The notes under the pieces are model-generated. The model was not told the origin of the DNA. It saw nothing but the letters and a program-made list of their open reading frames with translations, and searched no databases. Positions 44,603 through 55,683 of a DNA stretch of 64,000 bases are shown here, piece after piece. The stretch's first letter is position 1. The number at the start of each line of letters is the position of its first letter. The stretch comes from Sulfolobales archaeon HS-7. GTDB lineage: Archaea > Thermoproteota > Thermoprotei_A > Sulfolobales > Sulfolobaceae. The translations under genes were made by a program, and so were the position numbers. The stretch is from assembly GCA_019704295.1 (NCBI GenBank), contig AP024596.1, forward strand, positions 608,001 through 672,000, given 5' to 3'.

Positions 44603-45585
44603 ATTCTCCGTCCTATTACTTTGGAAAGTCCCCTTATCTGGTTCATAAGCTCCTCGAACATTGATATTGTTAATTGTTGTTTAGAATCGCTTAACGCCTT
44701 CTCAGGTTCAGGATGAACCTCGATGAGTAACATATCTGCTCCTGCAGCTATTGATGCTAGGGCCATGGACCTAACAAGTTCCCTATCTCCTGCAGGATGA
44801 CTTGGATCTGCACATACGGGTAAATGTGATAACCTCTTCGCAACGATCATTCCTCCTATATCAATAGTAAATCGCGTTGAATGCTCAAATGTCCTTATCC
44901 CCCTTTCACATAAAACAACTGAACCGTTTCCCTCTGCTAACACGTAATCTGCAGATGATAACCATTCGTCAACAGTATTTCCCATACCCCTTTTAAGGAG
45001 TACTGGTTTCCCGTATTTCCCTACATCCCTAAGTAGGGTGAAGTTTTGCGAGTTCCTGGCCCCAATTTGAATCATATTGACTCGATCGAAGTAGGGTAAA
45101 TCCCTTGCATCAAGCAATTCAGTAACAGTGGGTAATCCCGTTGACTCTGAGGCCTTAGTAAGTATTTCTATTCCTTTTGGTCCTAATCCCTGAAATGAAA
45201 ACGGCGAAGTCCTTGGTTTATATGCTCCTCCTCTGAGGAATTTTGCACCAGCTCTTTTTACTCCCTTAGCTACTTCGAAAACCTGTTCCTCGCTTTCCAC
45301 AGCGCATGGTCCAGCCGCTACGACAACGTCATTCCCCCCAATTTCGACTCCATTAACGTCAACTATAGTCTTCTCTTTCTTCCACTCGTTTCCAGATAAG
45401 ACGAAAGGAGTTTTTACCCTTACCTTAATCTCTATTGACGGATCGTCTATTCTAATCGCCTCTTCATCGGGCCATACTATCATTAATTGTTTCCCATACA
45501 ACTCAACGCTCTTGAAAGAAGCTGAAGATTTCTCCAGCTTTTCCTTAACGGAGTCCCATTTCCGCTTCATAATGAATACGTACAT
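44599..45585 (-). CDS. aroF: DAHP synthase type I-beta
   Basis: AGPCAVES, KPRTSP.SFQG, CERGIR and DPSH motifs. Confidence 0.92.
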   Translation of the reverse strand: MYVFIMKRKWDSVKEKLEKSSASFKSVELYGKQLMIVWPDEEAIRIDDPSIEIKVRVKTPFVLSGNEWKKEKTIVDVNGVEIGGNDVVVAAGPCAVESEEQVFEVAKGVKRAGAKFLRGGAYKPRTSPFSFQGLGPKGIEILTKASESTGLPTVTELLDARDLPYFDRVNMIQIGARNSQNFTLLRDVGKYGKPVLLKRGMGNTVDEWLSSADYVLAEGNGSVVLCERGIRTFEHSTRFTIDIGGMIVAKRLSHLPVCADPSHPAGDRELVRSMALASIAAGADMLLIEVHPEPEKALSDSKQQLTISMFEELMNQIRGLSKVIGRRI

Positions 45586-46613
45586 CTTGAACCAAGCGCC
45601 TCCGCTACCTCGACAAGTTTTCTTACACCTATTAATCTAACTTCATGAGAGTATGGATTTTCCTCCTGTATTTCAAGTATTACGGGCAGTATCTCAGAAA
45701 TTTTCTGTAACAGTTTTTTCATCTCGGAGAAATTGGTAGTTGTTAGTCCCTCATCGTACTTTCCTAGCCTATTCCTTGCCTCCTCTATTGCCTTAATTAA
45801 TGCTATCATGTAGAAGTGAACAAGAGATTGGGTCACGGCCATGGTCCTTTCATGTTCTTCGAGATGGGTAGAGACAGGAGATAATCCGCATCCTCTCCAG
45901 AACTCAACATATTTCTTTACACTTACTTCTTCAAGGTTATCTATAATGATCGCTATCTTCTCGCCTATCGGTAATAACATTGGACCAAAAAGGGGGTGGA
46001 TGCTCACGTAATTGAAATCGAACTTTTTCGATAGCTCCAGGAATAATGGGAATGTCTTTGTCTTAGATGAAGAGATCTCACTTACGTCTTTCCCCTTTCC
46101 AAATTTTAATAATTCCTTGAAATACTTAGTGTAATACGCCTTAGGTGGTAGAGTAAATATTACGTATTCGGCCTCTCTGAATCCCTCTTCTTCACCAACA
46201 GCATTTACCGATAGGGAATTCGCAATTTTCCTAGTCTCTATCGGATCTACCCCACTCAGCATAACCTTGTGTCCGGCATAGGAAACCAATCTTCCTATTG
46301 TCTGTGCCATATTTCCGTAACCTATTATCAAGACGCTCTTCTTCTCATTAGGCAATACCTGCATCGCCCTAGAAAAGGGAATAATAGCCTCTATTACTTT
46401 ACTAGATAATGCCTCGGGGACTCCCTGAAGTCTGGATAACTCCTTCCATCTATTTATAACACTCTCCTCCCGTTTATAGTCCGAAATCTCCAGATTATTT
46501 GATGCCTTAATATGACCTATTTTTTCGCTTAATTTCAACCTCTCAGCAATTAACTTTACAATCTCTTCATCGACATAGTCAATTTGCGTCCTTAATTCTT
46601 CAAGCTCCTTCAT
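45567..46613 (-). CDS. Chorismate mutase / prephenate dehydrogenase fusion
   Basis: N-terminal AroQ (LR..ID..D); IIGYGNM, HPLFGP and H...MA.TQ motifs. Confidence 0.85.
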   Translation of the reverse strand: MKELEELRTQIDYVDEEIVKLIAERLKLSEKIGHIKASNNLEISDYKREESVINRWKELSRLQGVPEALSSKVIEAIIPFSRAMQVLPNEKKSVLIIGYGNMAQTIGRLVSYAGHKVMLSGVDPIETRKIANSLSVNAVGEEEGFREAEYVIFTLPPKAYYTKYFKELLKFGKGKDVSEISSSKTKTFPLFLELSKKFDFNYVSIHPLFGPMLLPIGEKIAIIIDNLEEVSVKKYVEFWRGCGLSPVSTHLEEHERTMAVTQSLVHFYMIALIKAIEEARNRLGKYDEGLTTTNFSEMKKLLQKISEILPVILEIQEENPYSHEVRLIGVRKLVEVAEALGSRCTYSL

Positions 46614-47527
46614 ACGAACACTATCTCCTTTGCGGAATTGACCAACGCGGTTTTAGATAGCCCGAAGTGATCGAGGAGTTCCCTGTGATTTTTTGCTGTT
46701 CTACCAAATCCGTTTGTTCCCACCATCTTTATCCTGACCGGATACTTGCTTATTACAACTTCGGCAACAGCAGAACCAATTCCTCCATATACGTTATGTT
46801 CCTCTACCGTAATTATACGACCGGTTTTCCTAGCATATTTCTCTATTAAGTTCTCATCAATTGGCTTAATTGAGAGAAGGTTCACAACGGCTGCGCTTAT
46901 CCCTAACCTCTTCAAATCACGTGCAGCCTGTAAAGCGTCAAAGAGAGGAACTCCAGCTCCTATGAAGGTGAGATCATCGCCATCAGTAAGAACCTGAGCC
47001 TTACCTATTTCAAACTCGTAATCGATATCCCTAGTAATAGGAGGGGAGTAATCCCTTCCTATGCGATAATATAACGGTCCTTTACTTGTCACAACCTTTT
47101 CTAGGCTTCTGTTAATATCGTAAGAGTCCGCGGGGATAACTACTCTCATATTGGGCAAAACCCTCATAAGCGCAATGTCCTCTAAGACCTGATGACTACT
47201 CCCGTCACCACTATCGCTAAACCCTGTGTGGGTGGCAATTAGCTTTACATTCAAATTCATCCTGCACACTGTGTTTCTAATTTGTTCCCAAGCTCTTAAC
47301 AGAAACATGCCGAAATTTACTATAAGCGGTTTAAGTCCCATGGTAGCCATACCTGAAGCAAAACCTACTAAATCTTGTTCTGATATGCCCACGTTAAAGT
47401 ATCTGTCCGGGTATCTTTCTCTAAAGTACGATGCCCTCGTTGAATCACCAACATCAGCTGTTAATATCATAACGTCGTTGTATTTAGCTCCGATTTCAAG
47501 AAGCCCCTTCCCTAGAGCTTCACGCAT
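46610..47527 (-). CDS. Transketolase C-terminal subunit
   Basis: GISEQ, DGSSHQ..EDIA and TVEEH motifs. Confidence 0.92.
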   Translation of the reverse strand: MREALGKGLLEIGAKYNDVMILTADVGDSTRASYFRERYPDRYFNVGISEQDLVGFASGMATMGLKPLIVNFGMFLLRAWEQIRNTVCRMNLNVKLIATHTGFSDSGDGSSHQVLEDIALMRVLPNMRVVIPADSYDINRSLEKVVTSKGPLYYRIGRDYSPPITRDIDYEFEIGKAQVLTDGDDLTFIGAGVPLFDALQAARDLKRLGISAAVVNLLSIKPIDENLIEKYARKTGRIITVEEHNVYGGIGSAVAEVVISKYPVRIKMVGTNGFGRTAKNHRELLDHFGLSKTALVNSAKEIVFV

Positions 47528-48332
47528 CGATGAACTTTCTTGCGATATCTGGACTCACCCGTTGTTTCTTCGTATTTTCAATAGGTTCAAATCCCTTCCC
47601 CCTTACAGTCCTAGCCAATATAACAGTTGGGTTCTGTGAATCTAGAGCTCTATCGATCGCTTTAGAAATTTGAGCTACATCATGACCATCGCACTCTATC
47701 ACATTCCACCCTATTGCCTCCCAGACCTTTCCTAATCTAGTTTTTGGCTTAATTTCGTCAGTTCTCCCATCGAGTTGTATTCCATTAACCTCAATAATTA
47801 CCGTTAAGTTATTTAGATTACGTGTAACCACATGAGTTGCGGCCTCCCATACCTGTCCTTCGTCGGTTTCTCCATCGCCCATGACTACAAACACCCTTCC
47901 CATTCCATTCATCATCTTTATTGATGCAGCAATTCCAGCTCCAAAGCTGAGTCCCTGACCCAAACTCCCCGTAGACATATCTACACCAGGTATGAAGGTT
48001 TCAGGATGTCCCTGGAGAATGGCGTTAACGCTGCCAATTTTCCACAGTTCCTCCTCGCTGAAATAGGCGAGTTCGGCGAGGATAGCGTATAGGGCTGGTG
48101 CCGCATGACCTTTACTCAAGATTATCCAGTTCCTGTTTACTAGTTCGTTACAATCATTCCTATATCTAAAGAGAAGAGTGGCTAAAACCTCAATACTACT
48201 TAAAGCTGAACCCGCGTGTATCGACTGATCGTATAACTGCATTTTTATTACATTCTTCCTCGCCCTGAGGGCGATCTGACTAATAGAAGAAATCTCTTCT
48301 ATTGATATTGGCTTTGCATCTGACCTCTCCAT
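47520..48332 (-). CDS. Transketolase N-terminal subunit
   Basis: [14 protein letters not shown] and GDGE..EG motifs; start moved to the ATG at 48332. Confidence 0.92.
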   Translation of the reverse strand: MERSDAKPISIEEISSISQIALRARKNVIKMQLYDQSIHAGSALSSIEVLATLLFRYRNDCNELVNRNWIILSKGHAAPALYAILAELAYFSEEELWKIGSVNAILQGHPETFIPGVDMSTGSLGQGLSFGAGIAASIKMMNGMGRVFVVMGDGETDEGQVWEAATHVVTRNLNNLTVIIEVNGIQLDGRTDEIKPKTRLGKVWEAIGWNVIECDGHDVAQISKAIDRALDSQNPTVILARTVRGKGFEPIENTKKQRVSPDIARKFIDA

Positions 48333-48398
48333 TGGTGCATTTGAAACACCTGAAAATAACAGAATTCTTTTATTAATAAGCATTTCGAGTCTCATTAG

Positions 48399-49265
48399 AT
48401 GGAAAGGTATTCGAGGCAGATTCTTGCGATAGGAGTAGACATTCAGGAGAAAATACAGAGGAGCAGGGTTGCTGTAATAGGAATAGGAGCTCTGGGTTCA
48501 AGGGTCTCAGAAATACTTACTCGAATGGGCGTGAAAAGATTAAGGTTCGTAGATCCCGATATAGTTGAGATATCGAACCTCCACAGGGTTTCTCTGTTTG
48601 ATGAAAGCGACATAGGAATGCCAAAAGTAATAGCAGCGACTAAGCATCTCGAGAAAATAAATAGCGAAGTTACTTTTGAACCCATTGTTGATACAGTAGA
48701 TAATATAAGCTGGAGGGAACTGCTGAAAGGAATTGATGTAATAATTGACGGTCTCGACAATGATTTAAGCCGTTCCTTTCTGAATTACGCCTCTGTACAT
48801 TTGGGGATACCGTATATATACGGGGCAGTAACCGGCGAATATGGAAACGCTATGTTAATATTACCAGGAAAAACTCCTTGTTTAGCTTGTTTTATGAAAG
48901 TTAGTTCGACCAATAACGCATGTGAGGTAATCGGCGTTTCTCCGCCAATAGTCGAAACTATTGCAGCTTTAGAGGTCCAACTCTTTTTAAATCTCTTGAG
49001 GGGGATTGAGGAGTCGGAGCTTCTGTACGTCGACTTATCCAATATGTCTTTAGATAAGATAAAAATCAAAAGAAATGATAAGTGCAGCGTATGCTCATTG
49101 GGGAAAGAACCCAGTATAAACGGGAATCCTTGTGGTGTAGAGAGAGTGAAGCAGTATGATGGAGAACTAACGTTTTCAAACGAATACATAAACGTCTATA
49201 ATTCAGAAAAAGGAGTTTATCTTGTGTATAAGGATAAAATATTCCTTAAGAAGAGAGTATCCTAG
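48399..49265 (+). CDS. ThiF/MoeB E1-like enzyme
   Basis: RYSRQ, GIGALG, SNLHR and two CxxC motifs. Confidence 0.9.
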   Translation: MERYSRQILAIGVDIQEKIQRSRVAVIGIGALGSRVSEILTRMGVKRLRFVDPDIVEISNLHRVSLFDESDIGMPKVIAATKHLEKINSEVTFEPIVDTVDNISWRELLKGIDVIIDGLDNDLSRSFLNYASVHLGIPYIYGAVTGEYGNAMLILPGKTPCLACFMKVSSTNNACEVIGVSPPIVETIAALEVQLFLNLLRGIEESELLYVDLSNMSLDKIKIKRNDKCSVCSLGKEPSINGNPCGVERVKQYDGELTFSNEYINVYNSEKGVYLVYKDKIFLKKRVS

Positions 49266-49369
49266 CGATTTCCTGAATTTTACGTAACTAGTGTCTACAG
49301 ACGCTAAAATAAGCTCTTTGTAATTGAGTGTCCTCAATTCCTTCTTATTTATCCTTTACAACCTCCTTA

Positions 49370-49580
49370 AACTCGGGAAACGCCGCTCTTATTACCTTCC
49401 ACGGGGAAACACGTAGTACTAGGGATGAGGATAGCAAGTCTACACAATGGATTAGTGCTAAGAAGTCGAAGTTGCCCAAGGCTAATAACGTCAAGGACTA
49501 TTACGTCTATGTAGGTAGCGTTCTGAACTCACTCTTACCACGGCTGTGTTAGAGGCGAAGTGGTGCCTCTACTATCACTC
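49370..49580 (+). mobile_element. IS110 right-end remnant
   Basis: Aligns with the reverse complement of 29675-29860 (GTCGAAGTTG..CAAGGCTAA.AACGTCAAGGACTA...TGTTAGAGGCGAAG). Confidence 0.75.
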
Positions 49581-49623
49581 CCACCCTTTTGGGAGTAGCA
49601 ATATCCATGTAAGTTATCTCTTT

Positions 49624-49922
49624 GCGAACTTACCCTTTTTTGGCAGAATAAGCTTCCTGCCTCACAGCTCTTCCCCCCAGAGGTCACCATAGGCACTAAT
49701 GGTCGTACCGACCCCAAAGTGAACTTAACGTTAGTGTCCCACATAGGACTGTTATTGGAGCAGAGGCGTACCACATCAACCCTCGCTTAGACGTCTTGAT
49801 GACGCTTACTCCATCAATGACTGCTATTGATATCTTGATGCGAACCGATATTTAAACTGACACAAACGGGCTATCCACCCTCGTGGGTCTTCCGCCCCCT
49901 TTTGAACCCCTATCAAGATAAA
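49624..49922 (-). mobile_element. SMN1-like IS200/IS605 MITE, copy 5
   Basis: Full-length; TTTAT left end, internal TTTAAATA box, right end GGGTAAGTTCGC. Confidence 0.8.
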
Positions 49923-50017
49923 AAATCGCTAATAAGCAATCCTACTGCGTGAAAAGTACTTATCTAGTAAATGCCTAATCCCAATAATGTTTTAAATACA
50001 GGATTAGAAGTCTAGTT

Positions 50018-50530
50018 ATGCCATTACGACCGGGAAGATGTTACAGAAAGTTTTCGGGACCAGCGTATACTAGGAAGGAATATATTCCAGGAGTTCCCAT
50101 GCCTAAAATATCCAAGTTTACTATGGGAGATCCCAACAAGGACTACGATTACGAGGTGTCACTCGTCCTTACTCAAGTAGGACAGATAAGACATAACGCA
50201 CTAGAAGCGTCAAGAGTTATCGCGCATAAAACCATGAGTACTAGAGTGGGAAACGAAACCGATTTCTTCATGACCGTAAATAAATATCCTCACCATGTTA
50301 TAAGGGAGAACAAAATGATGGCTTTCGCGGGAGCAGATAGATTACAAGATGGAATGAGACTGTCTTTCGGAAAGCCAATAGGTACCGCAGTCAGAGTTTA
50401 TACACAAGGTGAAGTGTTGATGAAGTTCTACGTTAAAAAACAGCACCTCACGTTTGCTAGAGAGGCCTTTGATATAGCCTCAAAGAAGCTTCCACTGAGA
50501 ACGAGAGTAGAGGTAAAGCCACTAAAATGA
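50018..50530 (+). CDS. rpl10e: 50S ribosomal protein L10e/uL16
   Basis: RPGRCYR and [16 protein letters not shown] motifs. Confidence 0.97.
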   Translation: MPLRPGRCYRKFSGPAYTRKEYIPGVPMPKISKFTMGDPNKDYDYEVSLVLTQVGQIRHNALEASRVIAHKTMSTRVGNETDFFMTVNKYPHHVIRENKMMAFAGADRLQDGMRLSFGKPIGTAVRVYTQGEVLMKFYVKKQHLTFAREAFDIASKKLPLRTRVEVKPLK

Positions 50531-51525
50531 GTTTTGACTTCGATTTAGATGGAGTATTGGAGTCGGTAAAAAAGCACGGAGCTAAAAGGGTTTTACTTCA
50601 ATTTCCAGATGGGTTAAAGCCATTCTCTACGGAAATTGTAAATAAACTTGAGGAAAGACTTCCTGGTGTAGAATTCGTAATTTCTGGCGAACATAGCTAC
50701 GGTTCATGTGATATAGCTGAAGACGAGGCAGAACTGGTGTCGGCAGATCTAATCATACATTTTGGTCATTCCCCTTATACCTGGTACTTCCCCAAGTTTC
50801 CTACCACGTTTATTGAGGTAAAAGCTGACTTCAAGATGAGCGAGGACCTGATTAACTCCCTCCTCTCGTACATAGATAAGTACTCAGCTAAGAGTGTATC
50901 TATATCATCTACATTACAATACGCTAACGTAATACAAGAGTTGAGGAGGAGGTTAGAGGAAAAGGTTAAAGTTTACGTAGGGAAGCCGTCGATCCCTGTT
51001 ATGAAGGATGGACAAATTTTAGGATGCGATCTGAAGGCAGTTAATATTAATGCCGACTTAAATGTCCATGTTTCTGGAGGGATGTTCCATGCACTCGGTG
51101 TGGGATTAGCCACAGGGAAGCCAACAGTAAAAGTTGATCCCGATTTAAACAAAGTCCAGGATATATCCCCTGAAGTCTATAGAGTATTGAAAATAAGATA
51201 TGCGAAGGTAATGGAGGCCATGTATGCATCGAACTGGATTATAGTACAGGGATTGAAAGTGGGACAGAACAGACCCTATATGGTGAAATATTTAAAGAGG
51301 GGATTAGAGAGTAAGAACAGAAAAGTTTACATTATTACATCTAAATTGTTGACTAAGGACGTATTAAGGAACGTTGATAGGAGTTACATTGATGCGTATG
51401 TCGTAACCAGCTGCCCACGAATACCTACAGACGACTTATATGATTTTGAAAAACCCGTTCTAACTCCAGGAGAGGCAAAAATGATTATTAATGAGAAACT
51501 CGATACCTATATATTTCCGTGGTGA
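50527..51525 (+). CDS. dph2: Diphthamide biosynthesis protein Dph2
   Basis: LQFPDGL, YGSCD, GQILGC and CPR (three Fe-S Cys). Confidence 0.93.
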   Translation: MSFDFDLDGVLESVKKHGAKRVLLQFPDGLKPFSTEIVNKLEERLPGVEFVISGEHSYGSCDIAEDEAELVSADLIIHFGHSPYTWYFPKFPTTFIEVKADFKMSEDLINSLLSYIDKYSAKSVSISSTLQYANVIQELRRRLEEKVKVYVGKPSIPVMKDGQILGCDLKAVNINADLNVHVSGGMFHALGVGLATGKPTVKVDPDLNKVQDISPEVYRVLKIRYAKVMEAMYASNWIIVQGLKVGQNRPYMVKYLKRGLESKNRKVYIITSKLLTKDVLRNVDRSYIDAYVVTSCPRIPTDDLYDFEKPVLTPGEAKMIINEKLDTYIFPW

Positions 51526-51527
51526 AA

Positions 51528-52109
51528 ATGGCAGATAACGAGATAGTTCTGCCTTCTCAAAGGCTTGCAACAGAAGAGGAGTTCATGCCTGGAGATAATA
51601 CCTACGTTATCAACGGAGAAGTCAGAGCATCACAAGTCGGTAAGGCATTCTTCGACATGATAAACAGGAAAGTAAACGTAATATCTCCTAAGAAAAGTGG
51701 TGTTATACTACTAAAAAATGCTAAGACAGCTACGGGGGAAGTTGTTGAAGTAAGGGATGACATGGCATACGTCGAGATCTTTATGTTAGACGAGAAGGAG
51801 ATATCAGGGACAATATCTGCAATTCTCCCCTTCGCTTATACTAAGGAAAAGGGGATAGAGAGCATAAAGGAAGCTGTAAGAATAGGTGATATAATTAGGG
51901 GAAAACCCCTTAACAAAAACATTCCGGTAATACTTACCATTAAACAGAAGGAATTTGGCGTTATATTCGCCAGGTGCTCAATTTGCGGCACGGTCTTGCT
52001 AAGGGAGGAAAATGTTCTTAAATGTGGAAACTGCGGTAATATAGAGAAGAGAAAGCTAGGAGTCTATATGGTGAAGAGGAATGGAACTAAAAGTCAGAGA
52101 AAGGAGTAA
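51528..52109 (+). CDS. csl4: Exosome subunit Csl4
   Basis: EEFMPG, S1 domain, C-terminal Zn ribbon with EKRK. Confidence 0.9.
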   Translation: MADNEIVLPSQRLATEEEFMPGDNTYVINGEVRASQVGKAFFDMINRKVNVISPKKSGVILLKNAKTATGEVVEVRDDMAYVEIFMLDEKEISGTISAILPFAYTKEKGIESIKEAVRIGDIIRGKPLNKNIPVILTIKQKEFGVIFARCSICGTVLLREENVLKCGNCGNIEKRKLGVYMVKRNGTKSQRKE

Positions 52110-52383
52110 TACGACGTTAGTGGTTGAAATAGAGGGGGAAGAACACACATTAGGAAACTTACTGGTAAAGCAACTGGGAAGGGAATCTCATGTGAAGGTT
52201 GCATCGTATTATAAGGAACACCCGCTTACAGATTCTATAGTATTGAGGATCGAAACTGACGGTCAGGTAACTCCTGAGGAGGCAATTAAGAACGTGATAG
52301 GGAAAATAATGGCCCTATCGGAGAGATTTGAGGAAGAGGTAAAAAATGGGACAGAAAAGGGGAAGAGTAGGCGTAAAGGTTGA
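52081..52383 (+). CDS. rpoL: RNA polymerase subunit Rpo11 (L)
   Basis: GEEHTLGNLL...HPL motif. Confidence 0.93.
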   Translation: MELKVRERSNTTLVVEIEGEEHTLGNLLVKQLGRESHVKVASYYKEHPLTDSIVLRIETDGQVTPEEAIKNVIGKIMALSERFEEEVKNGTEKGKSRRKG

Positions 52384-52594
52384 GGTAAACGGTATATACT
52401 TTTTATGCGTATTCAGAGAAGGCGTTTTAGAGCACATATTTATAGGGGAGGATAAACTGGGCAAAGTAAGGGAAGAGATTACTTATTCCAACTTCGGTGT
52501 TGGGCTTCAATATTCTGGGGAATTAATTCACGAATGCGAAAGGCTCGGAGAGATGATTAGCGTAAAGCTAAAAAAGCTTGCTGAAGATAAGTAG
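52346..52594 (+). CDS. Hypothetical protein
   Basis: Operonic ORF between rpoL and tfs. Confidence 0.6.
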   Translation: MGQKRGRVGVKVEVNGIYFLCVFREGVLEHIFIGEDKLGKVREEITYSNFGVGLQYSGELIHECERLGEMISVKLKKLAEDK

Positions 52595-52605
52595 AGGGTA
52601 TTGCT

Positions 52606-52932
52606 ATGAAGTTCTGTCCAAAGTGTAACTCAATGCTCCTTCCAAGGAAAGTAAACGGCGTGTCCAAGTTAGTATGTTCAAAATGCGGATATGAGGAGGA
52701 ATCTGCGGAAAAAACTACCCTAAAGACTACAGTAAAGCATACAGTTCACGATAAAACCCTCGTCATCGAAGAAGAAACTGCTAGCGCTCAAAGGATAAAG
52801 GGGGTGGTCTGTCCTAATTGTAAAAACGATGAGGCTTATTTTTGGATGCTCCAAACTAGAAGTGCAGATGAGCCCGCAACAAGATTTTACAGATGCGTAA
52901 AGTGTAATAAGGTTTGGAGAGAGTACGAATAG
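52606..52932 (+). CDS. tfs: Transcription factor S
   Basis: Two Zn ribbons and QTRSADEP. Confidence 0.95.
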   Translation: MKFCPKCNSMLLPRKVNGVSKLVCSKCGYEEESAEKTTLKTTVKHTVHDKTLVIEEETASAQRIKGVVCPNCKNDEAYFWMLQTRSADEPATRFYRCVKCNKVWREYE

Positions 52933-52976
52933 CGATTTTGAAGGATCAATATATATATTCTCTGACGGTAATAAAA

Positions 52977-53741
52977 ATGGAGAAATTCTTGGTAAGCAGT
53001 GCTGAAAGGGAAGCTAAGGAAAACCTCATAGCGTTAATAGCAAAAGGAGTAGATAGGATCTGCTTTCAAAGGGATAGCACGGACTCAATAATTTTCGCGA
53101 TGAACGTTGCCAAGGAGGCGAAAGCAATAACGATTCTTTCCAATAACTATGACGAAAGATGTGAGGTTTCTGTAAAAAGGGGTGACAGTAACGTCATGAA
53201 ATTAAGGGAGAGAGTCTTCTCTCTTGGTAAAACCTCGTTCTCTTCGATTCTACCTATAACCGAATCTAATACACCTACAATATTGCTAGGTATTACATCA
53301 TCTGTCATTGAGGAGAAAAGGGTACCTACAGCCTGGGAGGAAAGCGTAATGTCCTCTGTAGCAGGGAATGGGATAAACTACGAGAAGTCTCCTCCATTAA
53401 TTTCGTATAGGACGATGAACATTGAAACTTCCTTAAAACTATCATCCTACTTATTCAAGGATGCCAACAAAGTAAAAAACAGGTTAATTGAGGAAAACGT
53501 TAATCTAAAGCAGAAGTACACAGAGTTAACCGATGAGTTAACTATAAGAATTGACGAGATATTAAGGGAAGAAATTACCATGTACGTTCCGGAGAAATCG
53601 GCGTATTACTTTGATGTAGATATCAGGGAGGTTTTCTTCGCAATACGAAACAAGTTTAACGCGTTACTGGAATTTTGTTGGAACCCTCAATACATGTATA
53701 AAGTAATAGCGGATTACAGAAGGGATATACATTTAGTCTAA
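52977..53741 (+). CDS. Probable degenerate RecJ/Cdc45-like (RecJdbh) protein
   Basis: EKR.PT.WE..V......GI..EK...L.SYR......SL.LS resembles Sulfolobales Cdc45 from recall; no DHH motif. Confidence 0.5.
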   Translation: MEKFLVSSAEREAKENLIALIAKGVDRICFQRDSTDSIIFAMNVAKEAKAITILSNNYDERCEVSVKRGDSNVMKLRERVFSLGKTSFSSILPITESNTPTILLGITSSVIEEKRVPTAWEESVMSSVAGNGINYEKSPPLISYRTMNIETSLKLSSYLFKDANKVKNRLIEENVNLKQKYTELTDELTIRIDEILREEITMYVPEKSAYYFDVDIREVFFAIRNKFNALLEFCWNPQYMYKVIADYRRDIHLV

Positions 53742-53789
53742 GATAGGCTAACAGAAAACGAAACCCTTATAAGTTTTCAAAAGAAATGG

Positions 53790-54593
53790 ATGCGAATAAT
53801 GAGAGTTATAGTATTAGGCAATATCCCAGAGCTTCTGATAGATAAGGTTTTGGACACCGGAGCAACGTTGTTCCATAAGGGAAATTACGTGCCATTCATC
53901 AGAAGAAATCAATTCGATAAAATAGCGATACTCTTTGAGAAAAGGTTTATAAGAGGAGCATATAACCTGGCAAAGAAGATCAGTGAGGTATACGCCCTTT
54001 CTTACCCAGAACTCGGGGACAGCATAGAACTTGTAGGTGCTTTAAGGGAAAACGGGGTAAAGGCTGGCATACTATGGTATGGAAAGGCCAGCATTGAGGA
54101 GAGGAGTATTCCCTTAGTTTTCTCGAAAAAGGTAAGAGTAGCTGTCATCAGACCAGACGAACCTGATCTACTGGGGTGGGTTATAGAGGATAGTGATAAT
54201 TTCGTCATAGATTACCTGGAAAATTATGAGGAGGGAAATTACGATTTAGTTGGATGCTTAGATTGCACCGCCTGCTTTCCCACCTTCGACTCTAGATTAG
54301 TGGCTTTAGCGGCCATTTTGAATATAAAATGCACTGCAGTAACGGTAAGTGATGTTAGGGAAAACGACATTATATTGAACATACCCTGTGAAAGGAAATT
54401 CAATGAAAGAGTAGTGTCGTTAGTAAGGCCAAATAAGTGGTTTAGTAGATTTCAGATAGTTGAGGGAAAAATAGAGGGACGTACTCTTCACCTTTCCAAT
54501 GGAGCTGGGGCCATCCTGGAAAGACCTTTGGGAAAGGCATTTCTACTCTATGAGATGGATGCTTCTTCATTAATGGAGGAAATATACAAGTGA
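53790..54593 (+). CDS. Hypothetical protein
   Basis: Long ORF with typical codon usage; CLDCTAC motif. Confidence 0.65.
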   Translation: MRIMRVIVLGNIPELLIDKVLDTGATLFHKGNYVPFIRRNQFDKIAILFEKRFIRGAYNLAKKISEVYALSYPELGDSIELVGALRENGVKAGILWYGKASIEERSIPLVFSKKVRVAVIRPDEPDLLGWVIEDSDNFVIDYLENYEEGNYDLVGCLDCTACFPTFDSRLVALAAILNIKCTAVTVSDVRENDIILNIPCERKFNERVVSLVRPNKWFSRFQIVEGKIEGRTLHLSNGAGAILERPLGKAFLLYEMDASSLMEEIYK

Positions 54594-54638
54594 AAACTGA
54601 GATCGCCTTAATATACTCAGTTTCTCAGACTATTAATC

Positions 54639-54977
54639 ATGGCAAGAGTTGTTGATATAGCACATTTCGATAAAGATGGTAATCTAACGTCTCTAAAGAT
54701 AGACGACATAGAACCCATGGCCGGAGAGAAGGGATTCGCTCAAGAAGGGGGTTTCTTTGTTACAGTTAAGGGAAAAGAGGGAAGGGCTGTGATAAAAATA
54801 TCCGATAAAGAGGCGATAGACATGGCAAACAGGATAATCGAGGCCTACAGGGAACACGTGAAAAACTTCATAGAATTGTCTAAGAGAAGACAGCCCCTAA
54901 CCCAGGAAAGGAGAAGAAAAGATGAAGATGAGGAGATTATGGACGAATTAGATGAAGAGGATTTCGGATCAAAGTGA
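54639..54977 (+). CDS. Hypothetical protein with basic then acidic C-terminal tail
   Basis: ORF translationally coupled to nep1. Confidence 0.7.
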   Translation: MARVVDIAHFDKDGNLTSLKIDDIEPMAGEKGFAQEGGFFVTVKGKEGRAVIKISDKEAIDMANRIIEAYREHVKNFIELSKRRQPLTQERRRKDEDEEIMDELDEEDFGSK

Positions 54978-55558
54978 GGATTGTACTACTCGATTCCGGT
55001 TTGGAATTAGTTCCTCCAGAAATGAATTATAAAGGGAATTCTTTACTTGACATTAACTACCATTATAGATCAATGAAGAGATTAAGGGACTGGTATAAGC
55101 GCGGAAGACCTGATATAGTTCACTTCTCCTTACTTCAACTACTATCTTGGCCTACATTCTCTGGGGAAATTTACGTGCATACATTCGACGGAAAAGTGAT
55201 CTACGTGGATAGGAAAACGCGAATACCTAAATCACAGGCCAGGTTTAACTCACTAATTGTACAGCTCCTTAAATACGGAAAAGTTCCCACGAAAGGTGAA
55301 CCTCTCATGGTAGTTACTTCCTACAGATTGAATGACGTAATTAATCAGCCTTTTTTACTATTTGATGAGAGGGGAGATTTAACATTTAATAGCGAACTCT
55401 GCGGTAATGTATCGGTAGGAATAGGGGCTTTTCAGAGAGGTGAATTCTCAGACGAAGTACTCTCAATACCGCATAAGAAAATTTCAGTCTCGAAGTCTAA
55501 AATCGAAACTTTCCAAGTAGTGTGTAATATATTACAGAAATGCTTTCCATTAGAGTGA
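54974..55558 (+). CDS. nep1: 16S rRNA pseudouridine methyltransferase Nep1
   Basis: LLD.NYH, RGRPDIVH, RIPK...RF and IGAF..G motifs. Confidence 0.9.
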   Translation: MRIVLLDSGLELVPPEMNYKGNSLLDINYHYRSMKRLRDWYKRGRPDIVHFSLLQLLSWPTFSGEIYVHTFDGKVIYVDRKTRIPKSQARFNSLIVQLLKYGKVPTKGEPLMVVTSYRLNDVINQPFLLFDERGDLTFNSELCGNVSVGIGAFQRGEFSDEVLSIPHKKISVSKSKIETFQVVCNILQKCFPLE

Positions 55559-55683
55559 CGTAAGTGGTTTCGAAGAACAGGAGATAAGAAGTCAATTGTA
55601 AATTAAGTCGATAGCACTCCAGCCTTTAGGGGAATATGTCATTTTTATACCTCTTTTGAATCCTAAGCATCACAGTACTTTTC

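Noticed and set aside
39033-48332. Bacterial-type aroF/aroB with split transketolase as a novelty
   Set aside because: This is a known arrangement in Sulfolobales.
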